DNA of 38,748 nt, from contig JAJZNB010000181.1 of assembly GCA_021848085.1 (NCBI GenBank), positions 1-38,748 on the forward strand, given 5' to 3'. The position numbers and the translations under genes are program-made. Of this stretch, positions 25,560 to 34,060 are shown one piece after another (within the stretch, counting starts at the first letter, position 1; the number at the start of each line of letters is the position of its first letter). Under the pieces are notes generated by a model. The model was not told where the DNA came from. It saw nothing but the letters and a program-made list of their open reading frames with translations, and made no database searches. Origin of the DNA: Actinomycetes bacterium. Lineage in GTDB: Bacteria; Actinomycetota; Acidimicrobiia; Acidimicrobiales; UBA8190.

Positions 25560-26488
25560 CCGGCCACCGGTGGGGCTGTCGGAGGCTGGTGGTACAGCTC
25601 GCCCCGGTTCGGCCGAACCCGCCCGACCGACGTCTCATCGGTGCCGTGAACCGCCGCCACCAGACGGGAGCGGGCCAGCAGCACCACGCCGCTGGCCGCC
25701 AGCAGGGCGCCGAGAACCTCGACCACCAGGCGGCCGGGGTCGGCGGCCAGACGGTCGCCGAAGAGGTTGATGCCGATGGCGATCGACGCCAAGGGGTCCA
25801 CCAGGACCAACGCCGTCTGCGAGGCGGTCACCGGCCCGGCGTGGAAGGAGCTCTGGGCGACGAAGACGGCCAGCAGCCCGCTGACGGCCATGGCGTAGAC
25901 ATGCCAGTGGGTGAACAGCCCCGACCACCGCTGGCTGACGTCGACGGTGACCTGCTTGGTGAAGGCGGCGGTGAGAGCGAACAGCAAGGCGGCGGCGGCG
26001 CCGAGCAGTCCGGCCTGACGTGCCGGCGAGCCCCAGCGGCTCCCGAGGACGGCGGCGGCGGCCACTGCCAGCACGGCCAGGGAGGTGATCAGCCAGGTGT
26101 CGAGCCCGGGGATGGCGGTGCCGCCGCCGGGCGCGGCAGCGGCCAGAAAGGCAGCAAGCCCGCCGGCGGCGGCGAAGGCCCCGAACCACTCGTGCCAGCT
26201 GACCAGCCGGTGGAACCACACGGCCAGCAGCACCACCAGCAGCGGCAGCTCGGCGGTCAGCGTCGGCTGCACCTCGGTCAGGGTGCCGATGCTCAGCGCC
26301 GAGGCCTGCAGCACGAAGGCGGCCACCATGACGGCGAAGCCGGCCAGCCACACCGGGCGTCGGACGGCGTAGCTGATGAGCGCCACGCGCATGGTCGATC
26401 CTGCCGGCGCCTGCTCCACCCCGAGGCGCTGCAGCAGCGTGGTGAGGGCGTTCGCGAACGCCGCTCCCACCGCCAGCACGTACACCAT
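25556..26488 (-). CDS. polytopic membrane protein, DMT/EamA-like
   Basis: ORF 25556..27253, trimmed to ATG 26488 (MVYVLAVGAAF..) because the upstream part overlaps rnhB. About 9-10 hydrophobic helices. Its TGA overlaps the gdh ATG (ATGA on the minus strand). The family assignment is tentative. Confidence 0.65.
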   Translation of the reverse strand: MVYVLAVGAAFANALTTLLQRLGVEQAPAGSTMRVALISYAVRRPVWLAGFAVMVAAFVLQASALSIGTLTEVQPTLTAELPLLVVLLAVWFHRLVSWHEWFGAFAAAGGLAAFLAAAAPGGGTAIPGLDTWLITSLAVLAVAAAAVLGSRWGSPARQAGLLGAAAALLFALTAAFTKQVTVDVSQRWSGLFTHWHVYAMAVSGLLAVFVAQSSFHAGPVTASQTALVLVDPLASIAIGINLFGDRLAADPGRLVVEVLGALLAASGVVLLARSRLVAAVHGTDETSVGRVRPNRGELYHQPPTAPPVAG

Positions 26489-26535
26489 GTACACCGTTCT
26501 AGTCGCCGCGCCGCCAGGAGCGGCGCTTGGTCGCC

Positions 26536-27387
26536 TCACCCGGGGGCGGGAGTGGTCCTGGCGGGGGCGGATCGGTCGTGGCGTGGGTGGGTCCCCCCAG
26601 CCCACGGCAGCGAGACGGTGAAGGCCCAGCTGCGTCGGTGGATGGCGGTCAGTCCGTAGCCGCGCAGCGCCCGCTGATGGGCCGGCGACGGATAGCCCTT
26701 GTTGCGTTCGAAGTCGAAGCCGGGATAGCACTCGGCGTCGGCTCGCATCAGCCGGTCGCGGCTGACCTTGGCCAGCACCGAGGCTGCCGACACCGAGGCG
26801 CAGACGGCGTCGGCGGCGACCAGCGTCTGCACCACCGGCGGGGCCCACAGCACCGGGTGCCCGCCCACCGCCGGGTGCCCGCCGAACAGGGTGGAGTGGG
26901 ACGGGGGGCTCACGTAGTCGAACGTGCCGTCGAGCACGACGGCATCGGGCAGCTGGTCCGACGGCAAAGCGGCGAAGGCTCGCCAAGCGGCGAGGCGCAG
27001 CGCTGCGCTCATGCCCAAGGCGTCGCACTCGGCGGGCTGCACGTGGCCCACCGCCCACGCCGCGCACCAACGCCGCACCGGGTCGAACAGCTCCTCGCGC
27101 CGCGCCTCGGACAGCAGCTTGCTGTCGCGCAGCCCTGAGGGGATCGAGGCCAGGGGCTCGCCCACCACCACCACCCCCACCGTGAGCGGGCCGGCCCATG
27201 CGCCTCGCCCCACCTCGTCGACGCCGGCCACCAGTCGGTGCCCGGTTCGCCACAGGGCCCTCTCGCGCCGCAGCGACGGCCGGCGGTCCGACGGCCGCGA
27301 GGCACCTGTGACCGGCGCCTTGATCCCGCCCGCGCCGTTGCGCATCATGGTGTCGGCGTGAGCCGGGGCGGGGGCGCTATCGGTCAT
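26536..27387 (-). CDS. rnhB: ribonuclease HII
   Basis: ORF 26536..27696, trimmed to ATG 27387 (a start at MMRNG, 27348, is also possible). Marks: VAGVDEVGRGAWAGPL, LRDSKLLSE, ASVLAKVSRDRLM, YPGFDFERNKGYPSP. Confidence 0.88.
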   Translation of the reverse strand: MTDSAPAPAHADTMMRNGAGGIKAPVTGASRPSDRRPSLRRERALWRTGHRLVAGVDEVGRGAWAGPLTVGVVVVGEPLASIPSGLRDSKLLSEARREELFDPVRRWCAAWAVGHVQPAECDALGMSAALRLAAWRAFAALPSDQLPDAVVLDGTFDYVSPPSHSTLFGGHPAVGGHPVLWAPPVVQTLVAADAVCASVSAASVLAKVSRDRLMRADAECYPGFDFERNKGYPSPAHQRALRGYGLTAIHRRSWAFTVSLPWAGGTHPRHDRSAPARTTPAPG

Positions 27388-27414
27388 CGGATCCAGCGTG
27401 GCATGGAGGTGGAC

Positions 27415-27660
27415 ATGGCTGAAGCGGACACGATCCCGGCGCGTGAGCACACCCCCGCGAGGGGCGACCCGCTGGGGGTGGGCACCGCGGTGGACGTGCG
27501 CAGCCGGTACCTGGGCTCTTGGGCGCAGGGCTTCGAGGTGGCGCGCCGCAGCGGTGCTGCCGTGTGGGTGCGGCGCCTTTCGGACGGTTCGGTGCTCTGC
27601 GAGCCGCTGCAGCTCCATGAGGTGCGACCCGCCCCGAACCGGCCGTCGCGGTGGTCGTGA
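27415..27660 (+). CDS. small hypothetical protein (81 aa)
   Basis: Within ORF 27238..27660. ATG 27415 is preceded by GGAGG (27406-27410); ATG 27403 is also in frame. Third-position G/C bias looks coding-like. I recognise no family. Confidence 0.4.
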   Translation: MAEADTIPAREHTPARGDPLGVGTAVDVRSRYLGSWAQGFEVARRSGAAVWVRRLSDGSVLCEPLQLHEVRPAPNRPSRWS

Positions 27661-27745
27661 GCGGCGGCCGGCGGACACCGCCCCGCGGCAGGGCACAGGG
27701 GCATGCCGGAGCGGCCCATGCGCACAGCAGGCCCGCCTGGGCCGC

Positions 27746-28117
27746 TCACACCCCGGCCCCGGTCTCGGCGTCGATCCACCGCAGGTAGCTGCGGTCGCCG
27801 CCGAGGGGGACGGCCACGATCTCGGGCAGGTCGTAGCTGTGGACCTCGCGCAGGGCGGCCACGAGCCGGTCGAGCACCCCGCCAGTGGTCTTGAAGGTGC
27901 AGACCCACTCCCGGGCGGTGGTGAGCGCCCCGTCCCACCAGTAGGTGGAGCTGATGGGTCCCGACACCTGCGCGCAGGCGGCCAGCCGGCGCTGCACGGC
28001 TGTGGTAGCCAGCGCGCTCGCCTCTTCGGCGCTGGGCGCGGTGACGGTCACCGCCAGGTAGGCAGCCGACGGCTGGTCGACATCCGATGGGTCGTCTGCT
28101 GCGGTGGGGCGGTCCAT
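27746..28117 (-). CDS. cutA: divalent-cation tolerance protein CutA
   Basis: 123-aa ORF. CutA1 pattern: LAACAQVSGPISSTYWWDGAL..REWVCTFKT and HSYDLPEIVAVP. Confidence 0.85.
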   Translation of the reverse strand: MDRPTAADDPSDVDQPSAAYLAVTVTAPSAEEASALATTAVQRRLAACAQVSGPISSTYWWDGALTTAREWVCTFKTTGGVLDRLVAALREVHSYDLPEIVAVPLGGDRSYLRWIDAETGAGV

Positions 28118-28167
28118 GTCGGCTCAGTGAACCACCGCCGACCGAGCCCGTCCACGGTGGCCGGCGC

Positions 28168-29865
28168 TCACGCCAGCGCGCCGCGCTGGACCTTGCCGAG
28201 CGCCGTGCGGGGCAGCTCCTCGACGAATCGCACCAGCCGGGGCCGCTTGTAGGCGCTCAGGCGCGTGGCGGCGTGCTGCACCAGGTCGGCAACCAGGGCG
28301 TCGTCGCCGGAGCCCACCGCCGGCACCACCCAGGCCGTCACCACCTCGCCCCACTCGTCGGAAGGTGTCCCGGTCACAGCCACCTCGGCCACCGCCGGAT
28401 GGGCCGCCAGCACCTCCTCGACCTCGGCCGGGTAGACGTTGAAGCCGCCCGAGATGATCAGCTCGGTGGAGCGCCCCAAGATGCGCAGGTAGCCGGCGTC
28501 ATCGACCGCGCCGAGGTCACCGGTGTAGAACCAGCCGTCGCTGAAGGCCTCGGCGTTGGCCACCGGCCGGTCCCAGTACCCGGCGAACACCCCAGGCCCG
28601 CGCACCAGGATCTGCGCCGCGCCACGTGGCTGGGTGCTGGCACCGCCGGCTACCGCCGGCGCAGAGCTGGCACCGCCGGCTACCGCCGGCGCAGAGCTGG
28701 CACCGCCGGCTACCGCCGGCGCAGAGCTGGCACCGCCGGCTACCGCCGGCGCAAGGCGGACCTCGACCCCTGGGAGCGGGAAGCCGACGGTCCCCGGGCG
28801 CCGCTCCCCTTCCACCGGGTTGGAGACGGTCATGAGCGTCTCGGTCATGCCATAGCGTTCCAGCACGTCGATCCCCACCTGACGCGACAGACGCCGGTGC
28901 AGATCGGCCGCCAGGGGCGCCGAACCTGACACGGCCAGGCGGAGCCGGCCCAGCACCCTTCCTTGGGGTGCGTCGACCAGCCGGTGGTACATGGTCGGCA
29001 CCCCGAAGAACAGGCTGGCGTGGTGCCACCGGCAGGCCTCTTCCACCGACACCGGGTCGAAGCGGCCCAGCAGCACCGCCGAGCCGCCCGACAGCAAGGT
29101 GCCGAACACGCCCACGCACAGTCCGTGGGCGTGGAAGATGGGCAGGGTGTGGACCAGCCGGTCCGAGGCGTCCCAGCGCCATGCCGCCACCAACGCCTCG
29201 GTGCCGGCCAGCAGGTTGGCGTGGGTCAGCACCGCTCCCTTGGGCGCCCCGGTCGTGCCCGACGTGTAGCCGATCAGCGCCGCCGCGTTCGGTGCCGGGG
29301 CGTCGAGCACCGCCGGGCCGGCCGGGTCGAGTCCTGGCAGCGCCGGCGCCACCGGCAACCGCGGCCCGGGCCGGCGCACGGCACCTCCGGCGGGCGTCAG
29401 GGCAGGGTCGGTGACCGCCACCGGTTCGACGGCGGCCTGCAGCAGCCAGCGGCGCTGGTCGGCTCCGTCGACGACGGCGACCGCCGGACGGACGTCGGAG
29501 ACGACGTGGGCCACCTCGCGGGCGGTGGCCTGCGGGTTGAACGGGACCAGCACCAAACCAGCCCGCAGCACACCGACGGCGACCACCAGCGCCGCCGCCG
29601 ACGGGCGGCAGCTCCACAGCACCCGGTCGCCGGGAACCGCGCCCAGCTGGCCCAGACGCTCGGCCGCCCGACGGGAGCGATCCTCGAGCTCATCGGCGGT
29701 CATCCAGCGGCCGGCGCCGCCAGGGGTGGCGTCGAACAGCACCGGCGAGTCCGCCACGCCGGCCCAGCGCCGGGACCAGACGGCCGGCAGGCTGCCGCCG
29801 CGCCCGAACCCCTCGAGGTCGACGCCGGCGGGGAGATGGCCGGTGGAGGGACGCAGCTCCATCAC
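28168..29865 (-). CDS. AMP-dependent acyl-CoA synthetase/ligase (ANL family) carrying a 4x decapeptide repeat insertion
   Basis: 565-aa ORF. Marks: IGYTSGTTGAPKGAVLTHANL, ERYGMTETL, ILVRGPGVFAGYW, WFYTGDLG, GRSTELIISGGFNVYP, LPRTALGKVQR. GTG 29865 and ATG 29862 are adjacent candidate starts. Confidence 0.9.
   Translation of the reverse strand: MMELRPSTGHLPAGVDLEGFGRGGSLPAVWSRRWAGVADSPVLFDATPGGAGRWMTADELEDRSRRAAERLGQLGAVPGDRVLWSCRPSAAALVVAVGVLRAGLVLVPFNPQATAREVAHVVSDVRPAVAVVDGADQRRWLLQAAVEPVAVTDPALTPAGGAVRRPGPRLPVAPALPGLDPAGPAVLDAPAPNAAALIGYTSGTTGAPKGAVLTHANLLAGTEALVAAWRWDASDRLVHTLPIFHAHGLCVGVFGTLLSGGSAVLLGRFDPVSVEEACRWHHASLFFGVPTMYHRLVDAPQGRVLGRLRLAVSGSAPLAADLHRRLSRQVGIDVLERYGMTETLMTVSNPVEGERRPGTVGFPLPGVEVRLAPAVAGGASSAPAVAGGASSAPAVAGGASSAPAVAGGASTQPRGAAQILVRGPGVFAGYWDRPVANAEAFSDGWFYTGDLGAVDDAGYLRILGRSTELIISGGFNVYPAEVEEVLAAHPAVAEVAVTGTPSDEWGEVVTAWVVPAVGSGDDALVADLVQHAATRLSAYKRPRLVRFVEELPRTALGKVQRGALA
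28636..28753. repeat. 30-bp tandem repeat x3.9 (GCTGGCACCGCCGGCTACCGCCGGCGCAGA), in frame inside the acyl-CoA synthetase gene
   Basis: Identical units at 28636-28665, 28666-28695 and 28696-28725. The fourth copy diverges only at its last bases. It encodes (APAVAGGASS)x4 on the minus strand. Confidence 0.95.
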
Positions 29866-29871
29866 CGGACG

Positions 29872-29877
29872 ACTCTA
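29872..29877 (-). promoter_or_regulatory. candidate -10 hexamer (TAGAGT on the minus strand) for a leaderless acyl-CoA synthetase mRNA
   Basis: TAnnnT hexamer 6 nt upstream of GTG 29865 on the minus strand. Confidence 0.35.
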
Positions 29878-29922
29878 CGCGGCGCCTGACCGGCCTTCCT
29901 CGTCGTCGCGGTACCGACCTCC

Positions 29923-29928
29923 TAGCCT
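29923..29928 (+). promoter_or_regulatory. candidate -10 hexamer (TAGCCT) for a leaderless GH38 mRNA
   Basis: TAnnnT hexamer 7 nt upstream of ATG 29936. It is back-to-back with the minus-strand hexamer within the 70-bp divergent gap. Confidence 0.35.
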
Positions 29929-29935
29929 GGGGATC

Positions 29936-32638
29936 ATGGTCCCCCGCGCCGTCGCCGTCGTTCCCCACACCCACTGGGACCGCGAGTGGTACGAGCCGTT
30001 CCAGAGCTTCCGCCTGCGGCTGGTAGAGCTCCTCGACGCTCTGGTGCCGCTGATGGAGAGCGACCCCTCCTACGCCCGCTTCATGCTCGACGGGCAGATG
30101 GCGGTGGTCGACGACTACCTCGAGGTGCGGCCCGAGGCCGAAGCGCGGCTGCGGGCTCTGGTCATCGCCGGCCGGCTGACGGTCGGCCCTTGGTACATCT
30201 TGATGGACGAGTTCCTGGTATCGGCGGAGACCATCGTCCGCGACCTGCAGATGGGCATCGCCAGCGGCGCCCGCTTCGGCGGCGTGATGGAGGTCGGCTA
30301 CCTCCCAGACATGTTCGGCCACGTCGCCCAGATGCCACAGATCCTGCGTCAGGCCGGCCTGCACCACGCCGTCGTGTGGCGGGGAGCTCCCTCCGCCGTC
30401 AACCGGACAGGCTTCTGGTGGCAGGCTCCCGACGGCTCCGAGGTGCGCGCCGAGTACCTCCCGGTCGGCTACAGCAACGGTGCGGCCCTGCCCGCCGATC
30501 CCAAGGCGCTGGTCCGGCGGGTTGCCGACCACGTCGAGGAGATCGGCTCGTACCTCGGCGACGGGCCGCTGCTGGTGATGAACGGCACCGACCATCAGGC
30601 CCCCCAGCCGTGGCTCGGGCACGTGGTGGCCGAAGCCAACGCCTTGCAGGACGACCTGCGGCTGCAGGTGACGTCGCTGGTCGAGTACCTGCAGCAAGCA
30701 CCCACCGATGGCCTGCCCCGCTGGTGCGGCGAGCTGCGCTCGGGGTTCCGGGCCAACATCCTGATGGGCGTGGCGTCCAACCGTGTCGACGTGAAGCAGG
30801 CGGCCGCCCGAGCCGAGCGGGCCCTCGAGCGCCGGGCCGAGCCGGCTGCTGCGCTGGTCCTGGGCGACCAGTGGCCCGCCGCGCTGCTGGCGCTGGCCTG
30901 GCGGCAGATGGTGCGCAACGCGGCGCACGACTCGGTGTGCGCCTGCTCGGTCGACGACGTGGTCGACGCGGTGCTGGTCCGCTACGCCGAGGCCCGCCAG
31001 ATCGCCGAGGGGATCACCACCCGGGCCCTCGCCGCCTTGGCCCGCTCCCTGGCCCGGCGCGGGCCGACGGTGGTGAACCTGGCCGGCCGTCCCCTGGGGG
31101 GGGTGGTGGAGCTGACCCTGCCGGGAGACGGCGTCCCCGAGGGAACCCAGCCGGTGCCCGACCAGGTCGGCGGCTTCGGCATCCCGCAGGGCCTGGGGGC
31201 CATCACCCTCGACGCCAGCACGGTCCGCACCATCCTCGGGATGCTGCCGAACGGTAGCCGCATCGACGACCACACCTGGATCCAGGACGTGACGCTGGGG
31301 GAGGACGACACCGGCCTCGACGTCACCATCACCGTTGGTCCCGAGGAGCGGGCCGACGTCCCCGTCGTCGCCCGCAAGCAGGAGCTCTACACCCGCCTGG
31401 GAGCCCGTCCCGACGCTGTGGTGCGCATCCGCATCGACCAGCCGGCGACGGTGCGGGTGCTGGCCCGAACCCCCACCGTGCCCGCCTTCGGGTGGGCGCC
31501 GTGGGAGCTGCAGGCGCCGGCCCACCCGGTCCACGCCGAGCAGCACGCCGGCGGCAGCGTCACCGTGGCCAACGGGCTGGTGACGGTGACGGTCGACCCC
31601 GACGACGGCACCTTCGCCGTCGACGGCGTCGCCGGCTTCGGACGGCTGGTCGACGGCGGGGACCACGGCGACTCCTACAACTATTCGCCGCCGGCCACCG
31701 ACCAGCTGGTCGACCACCCCGAAGAGGTGACCGTGTCGCTCGACGCCGCCGGGCCGGTGCGGGCCGTCGTCACCGTCGTGGCCCGCTACCGGTGGCCCGA
31801 GCGCGTCGACGGCACCACCCGTCGCCGAACCGGGGAGCAGCCGGTGACGGTGACCACCACGGTCCGGGTCGATGCCGACGCCCCCGACGTCCACGTCACG
31901 ACGCGCTTCACCAACCCCTGCCGCGACCACCGTCTGCGGGTACACCTGCCGCTGCCCGAGCCGGCGGCGACCTCCCGGGCCGAGTGCGCCTTCGCCGTGG
32001 TGGAACGGGGCCTGACCGCCGAGGGGCGGCCCGACGAGCTGGGCCTGCCGACGTTCCCGTCGCGACGGTTCGTCTGCGCCGGCGGCCTGACCGTCGCCCA
32101 CGAGGGGCTGCTCGAGTACGAGCTGATCGACATCGCACCAGACGGGGAGGGACCGGCCGCCGCCCACACCTTGGCCCTCACCCTGCTGCGGGCCACCGGC
32201 ATGCTGTCACGCCTGGGCATGGCCTACCGTCCACTACCGGCCGGGCCGCTCACCCCGGTGGAGGGCCTGCAGCTGCTCGGCCAGGCACTCGAGGCCCGCT
32301 ACACCCTCGATCTCAGCGGCGACGACCCCTACGCCGTGGTGGACCGGGCCTTCCTGCCGGTGGAGGTGGTGCATGCCTCGGGCGGCGGCTGGCGGCCGCT
32401 GACGGGCAGCCTGCTCCCCATCAGCGGCGCCGAGATCTCGGCCGTGCGCCGCGAGGGGGACCTGCTCGAGGTGCGGGTCTTCAACCCTCGCCCCGAGCCG
32501 GTCGACGTCGATCTCGCCGGCCGGTCGGGTTGGCTGGTCGATCTGCGGGGACGGCCGCTGCAGGCGGTGCAAGGTCAGGTGGCGCTAGGCCCCTTCGCCT
32601 TCGCCACGGTCCGGCTCACCGCGGTCGAGCAGCTCTGA
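29936..32638 (+). CDS. glycoside hydrolase family 38 (alpha-mannosidase-like)
   Basis: ORF 29411..32638, trimmed to ATG 29936 because the upstream part is antisense to the synthetase gene. GH38 N-terminal marks: VAVVPHTHWDREWY, FMLDGQMAVVDDYLE, GRLTVGPWYILMDEFL, GYLPDMFGH. About 900 aa. Confidence 0.9.
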   Translation: MVPRAVAVVPHTHWDREWYEPFQSFRLRLVELLDALVPLMESDPSYARFMLDGQMAVVDDYLEVRPEAEARLRALVIAGRLTVGPWYILMDEFLVSAETIVRDLQMGIASGARFGGVMEVGYLPDMFGHVAQMPQILRQAGLHHAVVWRGAPSAVNRTGFWWQAPDGSEVRAEYLPVGYSNGAALPADPKALVRRVADHVEEIGSYLGDGPLLVMNGTDHQAPQPWLGHVVAEANALQDDLRLQVTSLVEYLQQAPTDGLPRWCGELRSGFRANILMGVASNRVDVKQAAARAERALERRAEPAAALVLGDQWPAALLALAWRQMVRNAAHDSVCACSVDDVVDAVLVRYAEARQIAEGITTRALAALARSLARRGPTVVNLAGRPLGGVVELTLPGDGVPEGTQPVPDQVGGFGIPQGLGAITLDASTVRTILGMLPNGSRIDDHTWIQDVTLGEDDTGLDVTITVGPEERADVPVVARKQELYTRLGARPDAVVRIRIDQPATVRVLARTPTVPAFGWAPWELQAPAHPVHAEQHAGGSVTVANGLVTVTVDPDDGTFAVDGVAGFGRLVDGGDHGDSYNYSPPATDQLVDHPEEVTVSLDAAGPVRAVVTVVARYRWPERVDGTTRRRTGEQPVTVTTTVRVDADAPDVHVTTRFTNPCRDHRLRVHLPLPEPAATSRAECAFAVVERGLTAEGRPDELGLPTFPSRRFVCAGGLTVAHEGLLEYELIDIAPDGEGPAAAHTLALTLLRATGMLSRLGMAYRPLPAGPLTPVEGLQLLGQALEARYTLDLSGDDPYAVVDRAFLPVEVVHASGGGWRPLTGSLLPISGAEISAVRREGDLLEVRVFNPRPEPVDVDLAGRSGWLVDLRGRPLQAVQGQVALGPFAFATVRLTAVEQL

Positions 32639-34060
32639 GCTTCGGGAGCCGGCGAAGACCTGCTCGCCGCGCAGGCGCAGCTCGTCGAGGTCGCGCAGCA
32701 CCTCCGCCAGCCGCTCCCAACGCCGGCCGGCCCGCTGACGCACCTCGGCCTCGGGACTGTGCGGGTGCAGCAGCACCCACAGCTGCACCCGGCCCACGTC
32801 CTTGAGCGTGCGCGGCCGCAGGGCCGAGACGGCCAGCGGATCGGCGCCCGGTGACGGGTCGGCGCCCGGTGACGGGTCGGCGCCCGGTGACGAGGAGGGA
32901 CCGGCTGCCGAGGTGGGGTCGCACTGGGATCGGGAGTCGGGCGAGCCATCCGAAGCGGGCGAGCCACCCGAACCGGGCGGGGCCCGCCCGACCAGCAGCC
33001 GGCGCCGCTCGAGCTCCACCCGCAGCTCGTCGGAGATCAACACCGTGCCGGGGTGGGCCAAGGTGACCATGCGGCTGGCCAGGTTGACCACCGGCCCGAA
33101 GAAGTCGCCGTCTTGTACCAGAACCGATCCCCAGCCGACCGCCACCCGCACATCGGGCAGCAGATCGTCCTCGGCGCAGCGGCTGGCCAGGCCCAGCGCG
33201 ATGCGGGCGGCTGCCAAGGGGTCGTCGCAGACGAACATGACCTCGTCGCCGATCATCTTGACCACCCGGCCGCGACGCGACGTGACGGTGTCGTGGGCCA
33301 CCTGTTCGAACCGGCTGACCACGGCGGCCAACTCGGACTCGGCGATTCGCTGGCTGAGGAGGGTGAAGCCGACCATGTCGGCGAACCCGAGGGCCAGAAC
33401 CGGCGAGGTCGCCCCCGACTGCCGGCGCCGCAGGTCCATGGCCCGCACCGTGGCCGCCTGGAGATGGCGCCGCCAGGCATACTCGAGCAGGCGGGCCACG
33501 GCCGGCAAGGTGGTCGGGGCCAGGTCGATGACACGCGCCGCGGCCAGCACGCTGTCGTCGGGGCGCCCGGCGCCAGCCAGCCCGGTCACCGTCGGCGACA
33601 CCTCGGTGTCGGCGATCCGAGCCATGGACGTGCCGATGACCCGGGCCAGGCTGCCCGCCGACTCGAAGTCGGCCACGCCCAGCTGCACCAGGGCCCGCAA
33701 GATCAGGATCGCCTCGATGTCGAGGTCGCCGAAGGCGATCTGGCCGGGCCCGACGTCGGGGAACCCCAACGCCCGCCACAGCCGCAGGGCCAGGTCGGGC
33801 GCGATGCCGGTGAGCTCCGCTACCTGCTGCAGGTCGTAGGCCGCGCCACCGGGGAGCAGCAGCCGGTCGACGGCGAGCAGGTCGACGACATCGTCCGCCA
33901 CCGCCCGGTCGAGCTCCTCGGCTGACACGCCGTGCTGGAGCAGCACCCGGCGGACGCGGGCCAGGGCTTCGGCCCGCGCCGGATCGGCGGCGGCCGCGTC
34001 ACCGGCACCAACACCGGCCGCGTCACCGGCGCCGGCGCCGGCGGCGAGCTCGGCGCTCAC
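32585..34060 (-). CDS. class III adenylate/guanylate cyclase domain protein with N-terminal helical domain and a low-complexity insertion
   Basis: 491-aa ORF. GTG 34060 overlaps the gpsA stop (GTGA on the minus strand). Cyclase marks: LALGFADMVGFTLLS, VKMIGDEVMFVC, GDFFGPVVNLASRM, and after the insertion LKDVGRVQLWVL. Confidence 0.85.
   Translation of the reverse strand: MSAELAAGAGAGDAAGVGAGDAAAADPARAEALARVRRVLLQHGVSAEELDRAVADDVVDLLAVDRLLLPGGAAYDLQQVAELTGIAPDLALRLWRALGFPDVGPGQIAFGDLDIEAILILRALVQLGVADFESAGSLARVIGTSMARIADTEVSPTVTGLAGAGRPDDSVLAAARVIDLAPTTLPAVARLLEYAWRRHLQAATVRAMDLRRRQSGATSPVLALGFADMVGFTLLSQRIAESELAAVVSRFEQVAHDTVTSRRGRVVKMIGDEVMFVCDDPLAAARIALGLASRCAEDDLLPDVRVAVGWGSVLVQDGDFFGPVVNLASRMVTLAHPGTVLISDELRVELERRRLLVGRAPPGSGGSPASDGSPDSRSQCDPTSAAGPSSSPGADPSPGADPSPGADPLAVSALRPRTLKDVGRVQLWVLLHPHSPEAEVRQRAGRRWERLAEVLRDLDELRLRGEQVFAGSRSSELLDRGEPDRGEGEGA
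32841..32894. repeat. 18-bp tandem repeat x3 (TCGGCGCCCGGTGACGGG), in frame inside the cyclase gene
   Basis: Units at 32841-32858 and 32859-32876 are identical. The unit at 32877-32894 has one mismatch. It encodes SPGADP x3 on the minus strand. Confidence 0.9.

Noticed and set aside
27398-28252. 284-aa plus-strand ORF spanning the rnhB/cutA interval
   Set aside because: It is antisense to cutA, which has the CutA1 signature. It is Arg/Gly/Trp-rich and out of frame with the more coding-like small ORF 27415..27660.
29690-32167. 825-aa minus-strand ORF, plus several 300-440-aa plus-strand alternative frames (29986..31257, 31492..32805)
   Set aside because: They are antisense to or out of frame with the GH38 gene, which has the HTHWDREW / DMFGH signature. 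Their composition is artefactual.
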